A stretch of 64,000 nt of DNA from Sminthopsis crassicaudata (GCF_048593235.1 NC_133622.1:46190001-46254000), one strand, 5' to 3'; shown: positions 26,279-38,372, counted from the stretch's first letter. Made by a program: numbers and translations. The notes: generated from the sequence alone by a model not told the origin.

Positions 26279-27490
26279 TAAGCTTCAAGTCAACTTTTTT
26301 TCTCTCTCATCTTTCATTTTTATCAAAAGGCTTCTTAATTCGTCTTCACTTTCCGCCATCAAAGTTGGATTATTTACATATATGAGATTGTTGATATTTC
26401 TCCCAGAAACCTTAATTCTTGACTTCTGATTTGTCTAGCCTGGCATTTCATGTGATATACTCTGTATATAAATTAAATAAATAAGGTGACAATACACATC
26501 CTTGTCCTACTCCTTTTCCAATCTTAAACCAATTGATTGTTCAATGTTTGGTTCTCACTGTTGCTTTTTGACCCACATATATGTTTCTCTGGAGACAAAT
26601 AAGATGATCTGGTATTTTGGTCTCTTTAGCAGTGGTCCTCAAACTTTTTAAACAGGGGGCCAGTTCACTGTCCCTCAGACTGTGGGAGGTCCTGACTAGA
26701 GTAAAAACAAAAGCTCACACTCTGTCTCCACCCCTCAGCCCATTTGCCATAATCTGGCGGGCTGCATAAACATCCTCGGCTGCACATCTGGTCTGCGGGC
26801 CATAGTTTGAAAGCTCCTGCTTTAAGGACTTGCTGCATTTTATTGTGATTCATATAGTCAAAGCCTTTAATGAGTCAATGAAGCAAAAATAATTTGTTTT
26901 CTTTTTTTTCTGGAATTTCCTTACTTTTTCCATAATCCGATGAAAGTTGGCAATTTGGTCTCTAGTTCCTCTGTTTCTTTGAAAAACTAATCTGTACTTC
27001 TGGTAATTCTTAGATCTCAAATTGCTGAAGCCTAGCTTCCAGTATAACTTTGTTAACATGTGAAATGAGCACAGTTTGGTAATTTAAACTTTTTTGGCAT
27101 TGCTCTACTTTGGGATTGCGTTAAAATGATCTTTTGCAAAATCCAGTGGTGATTGTTGAGTTTCCCAAATTTGCTAATATATTGAGTGCAGAACTTTAAC
27201 AGCATCATTTTTTATTTTATTTATTTTTAGGATTTTAAAGGGCTCAGCTGGAGTTGTTACCTTCATTAGCCTTTTTGTGAACAAGGCCCACTTTTCTTCC
27301 TTTTCCATGATGTTTGCCTCTAGATCAGTAACTACACCTTATGTTAATATCTTTCTTGTATAATTCTTCCATATGTTGTTGATACCTCTCCTTAATTTCT
27401 TGTTAAGCCCCTAACATTTTTGTCTTTTATTATGTGTATTTTTTGCATGAAACATTCCCTAGGTTTATCTAATTTTTCTGAGGACATCTC
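25612..27490 (-). mobile_element. BovB-like RTE LINE, 3' segment (RT region and 3' end), degenerate
   Basis: Collinear with recalled BovB consensus; minus-strand peptide EKLDKPRECFMQKIHIIKDKNVRGL resembles KKIRDTKGTFHAKMGSIKDRNGMDL; 3' end matches the MAR1 tail. Confidence 0.85.
26630..26819 (+). mobile_element. hAT MITE, OposCharlie/OC1-like (190 bp)
   Basis: Imperfect TIRs CAGTGGTCCTCAAACT / AGTTTGAAAGCTCCTG; internal ggccagttcactgtccctcagac; degenerate TSD ctctttag / ctttaagg; nested in the RTE. Confidence 0.8.
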
Positions 27491-28800
27491 TTGAGAAAGA
27501 AATATCTTTGCAAAGAAAACCCCAGGGATAATATTAAAACAATAAATGAAGCCCCTCAGATTGGAAGATGTCCAAAACTCTAATAGGAAAGAGCAGAGGA
27601 CAACTGAACCAAAGCCAAAAGGAAGCTCAGCTATGTATATGTCTGTGATGAAAGGAAAGACTGATGTTATAAAGATCAATATTTCATAGGAAACTGAAAT
27701 GTAAGATCTGTGAACCAAGGGAGACTGAATGTGGTCAGAAAGGATATGGAAAGAGTAAAAAAAAATCCACATCTTGGATGTCTGAATGTAAATGGACAGA
27801 GATGGATGAATTGAATTCAGGTGATTAAATATAAAAATATAAAATATAGTACTATGAGCAAATATCCCTTAGAAGAAATTAAGTCATTAAAAGTGTGAGA
27901 AATATAGTAATGGGTTATAATCTCAAAAATGGTAAAATGAAATCTATTCAAATCCAAGGTAAACCATTCACCATCATAGTAATACAAGTCTGTGTTCCAA
28001 CCATTGATTCAGAAAAAGCCAGTATTGATTAGTTCTGTGAAGAGTTAAACCATCTTTTAAAAGTAGCATCTCCTCATCCCCCAAAAAACCATTCACATTC
28101 ATTTCATAAGGGACTGGAATGCTAAAAAATGGAAATTAAAAAAAAACACCCTGGAATAATAGACAAATTTGGCTTTGGAGTACAAAATGAAACAGGGCCG
28201 AGACTTAGAGAGCTAAGTCAAGATTGATGCTGGTTCTAGTAAGCTTTTCACAACCCTTTAAAAGATGGCTCAATGCATGGACATCACCAGATGGTCAATA
28301 CAGAAATCAGATTGATTATATGCTTTGCAGCTGAAGGTGGAACTGCTCTATATAGTCAGCTAGAACAAGACTCGGAGATAATTATGGCTCAGATCATGAA
28401 ATTCCTATTGCAAAATTCAGACTTAAATTGAACAATAGAAAAAATGGCCAGACCATATAAGTATGATCTAAATAACATCCCTTATGAATATGAAGCAGAA
28501 ATGAAAAATAGATTTAAGGGATTAGATTTGGTACATAAAGTGCCTGAAGAACTACAGACTGAGTTTCATAATACTGTAGAGAAGGCAGCAGCAACAACAG
28601 TAAAATTTCAAATGAAAAGAAGAGCAAGAAAGTAAAATGGCTGTCTGATGAGGCTTTATAAATAGTGGAGGAAAGAAGGAAAGTGAACGTGAAAAATATA
28701 TTGCACTGACTGCTAAATTCCAGGGATTCGGAAGAGGAGATAAGAGTTTCTTAAATAAGCAATACAAAGAAATAGGGAAAAATCATAGAAAAAGAAAAAC
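27491..28800 (+). mobile_element. BovB-like RTE LINE, inverted 5' segment (endonuclease region), degenerate
   Basis: Degenerate GN*NVRSVNQGRLNVV endonuclease N-terminus near 27690; ORF 28444 ARPYKYDLNNIPYEYEAEMKNRFKGLDLVHKVPEEL matches the BovB ORF. Confidence 0.85.
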
Positions 28801-29110
28801 TTCACTTAGTTCAAATGATTACCCTTCACACAGGACTCTTTAACTCAGTCCTTGAATTTTGTTTTCCATTACTTGGCCTCTTTAGTTTGCAAAAGCTGTC
28901 TCCCATTCCTTAATATAATTCTTCTTCATCTCTACCAGGTAGCCCTTCTGAGGTTAAGCCTTACCTGATCTTCACAGCTGTTAGTGCTTTCTCCTTTCTT
29001 TAATTATCTTGACTGTCCACAAGGTGTATCCCCCAAGTAACCTGCTTGCTCCTGAAGGATAACTTGTTTTGTTTCTTGTTTCCTTGGTGCCTATCATAAA
29101 GCTTCTGATA
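28801..29110 (+). mobile_element. L2 3' end, 3' of the RTE insertion
   Basis: ttgctcctgaagg...cttgtttccttggtgcctatcata L2 tail. Confidence 0.55.
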
Positions 29111-31129
29111 TAATTGGTGAGTAATTAACATAGAATTCAATTGAATTCAACACAAATAATTTCAAATGTTCCATGAATATGACACATAGAAAAATATTTT
29201 CAGTTGCTTTCTTTTGTTAGAAAATAAGCCTTGGGGGTCCTCCTATGGACCATTTACACTTTGTAGCAGAGTTTATGTTTAAAAAAAGGCAAACACATAA
29301 TCAGCCTTGAAACAGTGTTTCAGTAAGCTGGGAAAAGTTCTAACAGCTATAAACCAGTTTTCATCTATTCTGTATTCTCATTGATAGTTTTGCTGAAGGC
29401 TCAATGATAATTATAAGTCTACAGCTTCAATCTTAGTTTTATGAGCTCTTTCTTTTATCATTTTCAATCTTAAAAAAAGATTTTACCTTGTTTTTTTAAA
29501 TATGATTTATATAGTTTCTAGAAATTTGGTGAAGTCATCCGGATCTTTCACTTTCCCATTTTTATCTTACAAGAGAAGAAAGGGTGTCAGCTCTGCTAGT
29601 GTTTTATAGTAATGATAACTCACATTTATATAGTGCTTTCAGGTTCCCTCTAAACAACCCTGTGAGGTAAGTAGTGCAAGTGATATTATCCCCAAGAGTG
29701 CTGATTGTAAATCCTTTTAAACCCATATAAAAGGCAATGGTCATTCATACAATATAAGATCTCCTTCTACTAGGCTTACTGAACCTCTTTTTTAACCAAA
29801 AGATTTGCAAAATTAAATATATTTTTTGCAAAATTTGTTGAATAAGTCTGAAGTAGGAAGGAACAAAGAAATCATTGTTTCTAATACTTGAATGCTCGAG
29901 GAATGGATGCTTTTTAACTTCTCACCATGTATAGATGCATCTCAGATTCAAACATCTCATTAATTTGTCTAAACTAGTTCTGCTAATGTGTTGGGGGAAA
30001 AAAAGTCACACTGCCATGCTGACATTACAGTTTTAAAAAATGCTGGAAAAGCTTAAAGTTTAAGAGTATCTTTTTTTTTTCCCCCCTTAGGTGTTCAGTT
30101 TAAATAGCCCTCCTCATCTAAGTTATTTTTTAGGAAGCCAGAGATAATAGCTTACTGGGACTAATGACCCTACACTAAGCCTATTGTGTGCTAGAAAGGA
30201 AGCTGATTTACATGAAAATTACTACCCTCCCGCTACATTACAGATTCTGTTACTTAACTTTTACTCATGATGACCTCATAGGAAAACTATGTGGTTTAGG
30301 AAGTACCCATACCACTTTTCTTTCCCTTCAAAAGGTTACCCATTGAATAGATCTTCACAGAAGCTCTGCCTATCTATTCTTGATGTCTGCCTCCTACTGT
30401 AGGAAATAAATGATTATGGAGTTAAACTGTAGCTGCATTTTCCCTAGTTACTTGCTTCCAAACAAAGAGTGGTTATGTGAATAAAGCTCTTGATGAGTAT
30501 GTAAATCACTGGGCCATGGGGCTAGAATCTCCAAGCATACCTGTGCCCATGGGCAGGTGCCTGTATGTAATCTTTTCCAGATGTTTTACTGAAGGAAACT
30601 ATTGAAAATTGGGGGAGAGGGGAGGGAAAGGGGGAGAGGCTTGGAAGTTTCCTAGCTTTTTAGTTTTTAACCTTCTGGAGCTTTGCAGATCCAGCAAAGT
30701 CATGTCAGTGCTGAAGTCTTATGACTAGACCTCTTCTGTTGGTCTGATACTGTGTTTTCCCTCTACTCAGCATTTATCAGTTTGTAATTTGCTTTTGTAT
30801 TTGTGCTATGAATAGCACATGAGTTATCCTCCTGTTTGACTGTGTCAGATCTCTAGGGGGTTGACTCGATTATCTATTGGAGGCATGTAACCCGAGTTCT
30901 TCTGTGGTATGAGTGGAGTTTAGTTCCTCATTAGTTGGGGGAAAGTAGAGGGAAGTGTTTGAATCACGGATTCAGCTCCTAGGAGGATCCTCGTCTGATT
31001 CCCAAATAAGCTAGGGAATAAATTCCACTAAAGAATCACCTTGGGCATTCATTAAAAGCTTCTGCATATGTCCCTGGGGAAGGGGGGAGGCCAAGAGAGA
31101 GCTGGGGGGAGCAGTCTGTGTCACACATG

Positions 31130-31300
31130 CAATTTTGTTTATGTATCTATTCAATTTCAGTTATATTTTGTATGTATATTATATGTATATTATATATCTT
31201 TATACATATATTATATTTATATTATATATCTTTATATGTATATTATATTTATATTACATATTTTTATACGTATATTATATTTATATTATACACACATGCA
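31130..31300. repeat. AT-rich low-complexity (TA)n tract
   Basis: Direct reading. Confidence 0.85.
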
Positions 31301-31450
31301 TATAGCTTTGTTTGAGCATCCATTAAACCAGTGGCTTTGTTTTGCTTCATTATCAACCACCACTTGCTTTATGAAATGCTAAGTTTACTTACACTATTAT
31401 GTGTGTGGTAATGAAAATTAAATTCAGAAGCTTCAAAATCATCCTTATTT

Positions 31451-31892
31451 TTTTAATAGTCTTTATTTACCAGATATATGCATGGGTAATTTTACAGCAT
31501 TGACAATTGCTAAACCCTTTGTTCCAATTTTTCCCCTCCTACCCCCCCCAGATGGCAGGTTTACCAATACATGTTACATATGTTAAAGTATAAATTAAAT
31601 ACAATATATGTATACATGTCCAAACAGTTGTTTTGCTGTACAAAAAGAATCAGACTTTGAAATAGTGTACAAGTAGCCTGTGAAGGAAATCCAAAATGCA
31701 GGCGGACAAAATTAGAGGGATTGGGAATTCTATGTAGTGGTTCATAGTCATCTCCCAGAGTTCTTTCGCTGGGTGTAGCTGGTTCCATTCATTACTGCTC
31801 TATTGGAGCTGATTTGGTTCATCTCATTGTTGGAGAGGGCCACGTCCATCAGAATTGATCATCATATAGTATTGTCGTTGAAGTATACAACT
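31451..31892 (-). mobile_element. L1 3' end, 5'-truncated
   Basis: poly(T) then taatagtctttatttaccagatatatgcatggg...; 16-bp TSD with 2 mismatches (31435-31450 aaaatcatccttattt; 31893-31908 aaaagcacccttattt). Confidence 0.92.
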
Positions 31893-33419
31893 AAAAGCAC
31901 CCTTATTTTAATGTCTATTTGCTAGGGTTATGTTGTGTCCCCTCTGATTTCTTTTCCAGATTTAAAGTTTATAGTTCTATGATCCTGTTTCATTTTAGAA
32001 ATTAAGTCTTCATTATGTTTATTTTACCTTAATTTTACATGTATATAATCTTTAGTGAACATTCTGGGGAAACTACTATGTAGTATTGTCAAAATTAATA
32101 GAGTATAAAATAGATTGACCCTTCTTATTCTCTTGCTACTTAGTTCTTTAAAAAATCTTTGGATACCCCTTATTTATAATGGTTATAGTACTCACAAAAA
32201 ATGTGCTCAAAAATTCTCTAAGAAGTTAATAAACCAGCAGCATCTTATCTCATTGTACTCAAATAGTATTTATCAGATAATGTTGAAAATTTGGAAATGT
32301 TGATCATTCTGAATGTCATCATTTAATATCCTGCAGATCATGATATCTTTGCTATAGAATAAAATTTATGATTCTCCATCCAGAGCAACATAAAAATTAT
32401 CTCATTAAAAGATTATATTACCTACAGGTAGGAAGAAATATCCTACCTCCTCTGAATATAATATGGTATAAGTCCAGTGTATTGTTATTGGTGATTAGCA
32501 TGTAACCTTATTGTTGTAATGAGATAATTAGGAATGGCATTTTCTGAGCAAAAATTTTCTTATAATACCTTGACCAGCTTTTAACTATTATTTGGATCAA
32601 AAACTTCCTTTGATTCTTCATGGATCTGTGATGTTACAGTGGTAAAAATGTGAGCTTCTTGAAATCAAGAAATGTCTTACATGTATATTTATATTACCAG
32701 TACCTGCAACCTAATGGATTCTCAATCTGCCTTTATTACTTGCCTTTTAGAATTATTATGTCCAAGAAATTCATTACATTAGGACTAAGCAGGTCACTAG
32801 TGGCCTTTCTTTAACTTAAATAAGCTTTTCTAAGGTCACTGATATACAGTTTGTGACTGGGCCTGAATTACTATATACTTTTAATTCTTTATTTATGCAG
32901 TAAAAATTTTTGCGTGAAAAATGAAAAAAACATATAGGTGTTAGATTTATATATCAATAAAGATAGACATTTAGAAGGTTACTTATACTTTCCATTATAT
33001 AGTTTGCCAATATAATGTCAAAACATACAGAAGAAAGCTGAAAAATTCAACTTATCAACTGCATATTTTGTTTTCCTAGCACTACATACTTGGATATATG
33101 AAAAACAAATCCTGGCACTCTGTGTTTTATTGCTTAAAGATTTAAATAACATTTAAAAATATGTTTGAATAGTTTGGCATTGGACATAGGTGCAACTATT
33201 GTATAGACTTTAACTGAGATTTAGAGATAAAGCTGAAAGTATCTTTGCGTAAAGTGAGAATAATAAATTTTACCAAAAAACAAACAAACAAACAAACAAA
33301 AACAGTTTGCCTGCTTATTGGTTCCCCAATTAAAAGACAAATCACTGGAAAGAAGAATAGTGTGTATGTGTGTGTCTGTCTAACCTGGAATATTCACATT
33401 TTTTCACGATAAAAATTTC

Positions 33420-33650
33420 CTAGGTGAAGATAGAGTGCTGAGCCTGAAGTCAGAAAAATATGATTTCAAATCTGGTTTCCAACACTTATTAGCTTCCAAC
33501 ACTTACTAGCTTTGTGATCCTGAAAAAGTCATTTAACTTCTAACTTAATTCACTGAAGAAAGTAGTTCAAGTTTCCTTGCCAAGAAAATCCTGTGGACCA
33601 TACTGATTATAAAGAGTGGAACAGGACTGAATGTCTGAACAACTGCACAG
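33420..33650 (+). mobile_element. MAR1-type SINE
   Basis: gatagagtgctgagcctgaagtcag...ttgccaagaaaatcctgtggacc...ggactgaatgtctgaacaac. Confidence 0.8.
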
Positions 33651-35777
33651 ATGATCTTATTGTGGTTGGATGGAGAGTTTAGGTGTATCAAAGTCAGGAA
33701 GCAAGTTTGTTAAGACTTTATCAGTGATTCATAGGAATACCTTCGTTTTGTCACCGTGCCTATGTTAAAAGCTTTTTCAGATCTCTAGCAATTAATCAGC
33801 AAGCATTTAAGTGTCTGCTACCTGCCAAGCATTGAGGTAGGACCCTTCACAGCTTGAAATCTGCTGGCATAGCATTCAGAGATCTAGGGACACTTCACTG
33901 CCAAATCAAGGTATTGTAAAAAGCTTTTAGTTTTAAAAACAGGGAGAGAGAGGAAGACAGATTATGCATTATACCATAAAAATTGCAATACAAAAGATTA
34001 TCAGTAATTGAGGATACTGAAAATATCTTCACAAGAGACCTTTTCCTCAACCCCTTTCCCCTCAGAAAGTGTAACACTTTTTATCTTTATCTATTTTACT
34101 CATTACTTCAAAGGGACTGAAATGACACTCTCATTAGGTCCATTATTGATCTATCTTTGTTTCTTCACCAGTCAAGGATAAAAACAAACCATTAATTAAC
34201 TGCCTACTATGTGTCTTATGTACTCTGGGTAGCATAGGCACAAATATCTTTACTGCCAGATGACAATAATAATATCTGTAATATACATTTTACATTGTTA
34301 TTGTAAAGCTCAAATGATATAATGTATGTAAATCATAAAGTACTATATAAATGCCAGTTATTTTTAAATGATAAACTACTTAGCAAAATGATAAAATGTT
34401 CCAAAAATCTTAAATTAGGGTTAAAAATACTCATGGACATATTTTCTGCAGTGTAGTCTGATAGAAATAGAAATAATGTATAAGAAGTTAGAGACTACAT
34501 CATAAAAATAAGTAACTGCAGTGGGATTCAGGAAATGTATAGGGTTGTTTAGTATAAATTGGATTTGATGATAAAAATTCCCCTTAGTTGTGGAAAGGTA
34601 TCTTATGAATATATTTTACTTCATTTTTGTATTTTGTATCTAACTGCCTTGTTCTCTGAAGAAAAAGCTGGTGTTGATTAGCATTCAGGCTCTTTAATCC
34701 TTAAGCCGGATCTCTGACATAAATTGTAAAGCCATGGTTATTATTTAGTTACAATTCAATTGTAAAAGAACTCTCCATATCTGAAAACATCCTGCTTCTT
34801 TCTCTATCTTCCTTATACTTTATTTGACAAGAAGAGTAAACATTTCTGCATTTTTTCCTGTTTGGGCAGAGTGCGTGGATTTTCTTCAGTGTGGTGCCAG
34901 AAAAAAAGAAAAAGAAAAAGCTTTAAATGATACGTGACGTGCCTCTAGTCACCTACTGAGATGCTCACAGCAAAGTGGTTAGTTCTCTGTTATTGTGTCA
35001 TTTGATGGATATAACTTCAAAACCATAGCCACTCTGCTCCTCAAAGAAATGAGAAAAGGCCAAATGCTAGTGAGAGATGAGGGCTACAAGAAATAGCAAC
35101 TCTACTGGAAACCTGAAGCTGCTGGGAAATGGCACACAGGCCACAAAGGTTCATGCTTGTGCATAAACTAAGTTATAGTTACTTACCCATTTAGTGAGCA
35201 TATTCTCATTCATTACAGATTAATTATTTGTTCCAAAAATATGAAAGGACTCCATTTTATGAGAATAGTCAGTATTTTGGGACATCACAAAACAGGGCAC
35301 TGATCCGGGGATGGCATTGAAGTGGAAAAAGAAAATGAAGATCTTGAGGAAGTGTTTGTAATGACCTATACATAAACACATACCATGGCCAATATAGATA
35401 GCTGCTGCTCCATAAATAATTGTAGTTGCTTGCTAACTTTGATTTTATTCAGTCTAAAACCAAGAATTGCTCCACAGATAATTGTTGACAGTTGCAGACG
35501 CTCATTTCATTCAATTAAGCTGGTAACCTTTTTAGGGAACTGTTTGGGACAAAGCCAGGAATTCCAGTCAATTGAATTCTAGAACTGAATTATAATTGTC
35601 TTCGTATAGAAATAACTAAACTATAGTTTGTGGCAGTGATAACTGCTTTTTGTGTTTTAGTTTTTTAAATCTCTCTCTACAGTTTTAAGTACCCAAGTGG
35701 ACAGAAAAGAGAAATTACATCCTCAAGATGAGTATTTGCTTAACTTGATTGTAAATGGGAAAGACTGGAAAGATTTT

Positions 35778-35778
<1 letters not shown>

Positions 35779-35820
<42 letters not shown>
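35779..35820. repeat. (CA)n microsatellite
   Basis: Direct reading. Confidence 0.95.
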
Positions 35821-35822
<2 letters not shown>

Positions 35823-36901
35823 GTTAACAGAAGTCTGAAGCCATTGTTGCAAGGAAATATGCCTAGAAGAAAAATCTCTTGTGATCTTTACCTAGTTTGA
35901 AAAGCTTCAAAGACTAGCCCAGGTAGTGAACTATATACTAACTAAGGCTTGAGAGGCTCATCCCCAGAGGATTGATTTGTTTTTGGACAAAGTCTGTAAT
36001 CTTTCTTCTTAGTCTTTATTAATAGAGGATCACCCTCATGGATGCGAACAGATATTGGGAGAAGTATTGAAGGAGATAGCTGTTATATATACATGCTAAA
36101 GGTAAGAGAATAAGAGACTATTTTCAAGATACATTCAATTTGAAGGAAAATCCTGGTTAGTGCAATGGATTATATCCTAGAGTTCCAACTTCACTCAAAC
36201 ATGCTCCCCAATTGAACATTTTATGTATGAAGGAATGGGGATGTGATATTTGACCTATGGTATTCCAAGTGTGATTTTGTTGTTTTTCTTTTAGGTAAAA
36301 CTTATGGACAAATAATATGAGATGATTTTAAATGCTTCTTTTTATACACATATCCTTTAGAATGACTTATTGATGGAGAAAAGGTCAGATGTTTAATTTT
36401 CCTCCCTGCCAACGTTAGATTTATTCAACTGTATGGGAGTAGACTGAATACCCAAGTCAGTTTTAGTAAGACTCCTTAAAAAAAAAAAAAAAACTTTTGT
36501 TAGTCATAGTGGAAAAGATACTGGATGTTGTGGATAGATCAATATATATCCTATACTCTTTGGAAAATGGAACTTAAAGCATATGCCCAATTTACAGTGA
36601 CTCAAGAGGGTCTTTGTGAGACTTAGGTTGACTTTTCAGGTTGGATCAGATCTACAGGTATGGAAATTACAATCAATAAAAGGAAAAAATTATAAATCCT
36701 GTAAATTATATTCTAGCAGTTTTCATTCATTGACTTTACCTTCCTCATGCTGACATTTTGAAAACAATATGCTTTATCTCAAAAGAGGTTTTATAATTCA
36801 TCCTACTAGTTATTACTTTTTTTTTCTTTTCCTCTGAATCAGAGGATGCTAACTGGTTGACTCTTCAAGGGAACAAAAAACAACAAATAACAACAAAAAA
36901 C

Positions 36902-37190
36902 ATGTCATTTAAAAAGTTCATTTCTAGGAATCTGATGAACCAACCACAAATATAAAGCCTACTAAATTATATGCCTTCATTTTACACAGAACAGAGCTTT
37001 TAAAAGTATATCTATCTCTACCTCACAGGATCATGTTTGATAAAATCACACACAATTTAAAATTAATCATATGTAACTGATTTTTCAAAGAGTGGACAGT
37101 GCAAGGGTGGAGGGAGAAGCTGTAAATGAAGCACTGGAGAAATCCAAAGAAAAGAACTGTACTTAAATCTGGAAAGTTAAACATGTTTCT
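36902..37190 (+). repeat. Long inverted repeat, left arm (~290 bp)
   Basis: Reverse complement of 38080-38372; exact blocks include 36958-36984 vs 38286-38312 (27 nt) and 36986-37014 vs 38256-38284 (29 nt). Confidence 0.97.
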
Positions 37191-38079
37191 CTATGTTTCT
37201 CTAATATGTTGTTCCTTTTACAATTCAGTAGCTGTTATGCTTTTCATCATTCTGAATGGATCAAAGTTAGAAATGATAGTGGCAAAGAGGTGCCATTGGG
37301 TATAGGATATTCAACAAAAAACTCTCAAGACCCAAATCACATTTTATAACAAAAGGAAACAGCTATTTGAGGCTGTCAGCCAATGTTTAACCATTGTCCT
37401 TTTACGTAATTTTTTTTCTTTTTGGGGGTATGTTGAAGAGAGGGGGATATGAAGAGATGAGGATAGTGGGTAGGAATTGAGCAAAAAGACTTAATTGGAA
37501 TATAAATCAAAATACAGAGGTTTTGAAACAAGGTAGTCTGCATAAAAATGTATAACTAAAAGTGCTGAATGTAACTGACTTTTTGTATAAAGGCAATATA
37601 ATATGCCAAAGGGTCAGTCAGCTTCCAGTAAATGAGAGACCCTGACACACAGTAAATTGATGTGAAAAATTAGTTTTAATCTAAGATTTCTGACCTTCAC
37701 AACAATTTTCTTAAAAGTTGAATGAGATTAATTATAAAAGAAATTCTCTGTAGCATTTGATTTCTGAATTTGTCTTTTCATTAGTCTTGTAATAAACATA
37801 AGCATATCAATTTGTGTATGTTTTAGGAGAATGTTCACTAGTGCTATGAATTAGATTTGGATTGTTGCTGGAGGTTTTATTTTATTTTATCATATTCATA
37901 TTCTGAAATTTTAAATATACGAAGTTATTAGTTTTTAGCAATTTCATTTGCCCTGAGATTACCCTACAATTTATATTCTTGTCATTACTTAGGACATTTA
38001 AAGCAGATAGACTTCCTGTTGGGTTCTTATACAGAAACCCTTATTGCTTTTTCAAAAATCCAGCTGGTCTTTTCCCCCA

Positions 38080-38372
38080 AGAAAATGTTTTGCTTTCCAG
38101 ATTTAAGTAAAGTTTCTTTCTTTGGATTTCTCCAGTGTTTCCTTTCCAGGTTCTCCCTCCACCCTTGCACTGCCCCCTCTTCGAAAAATCAGTTACATAT
38201 GATTAATATTAAATTGTGTGTGATTTTTATCCTGCACGATCCTGTTCGGTAGAGGTAGATATACTTTTAAAAGCTCTGTTCTGTCTAAAATGAAGGCATA
38301 TAATTTAGTAGGTTTTATATTTGTGGTGGGTTCTTCATCAGACTCCCAAAACTAAACTTTTTAAAATGACAT
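38080..38372 (-). repeat. Long inverted repeat, right arm (~290 bp)
   Basis: Reverse complement of 36902-37190, about 85-90% identity by eye. Confidence 0.97.
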
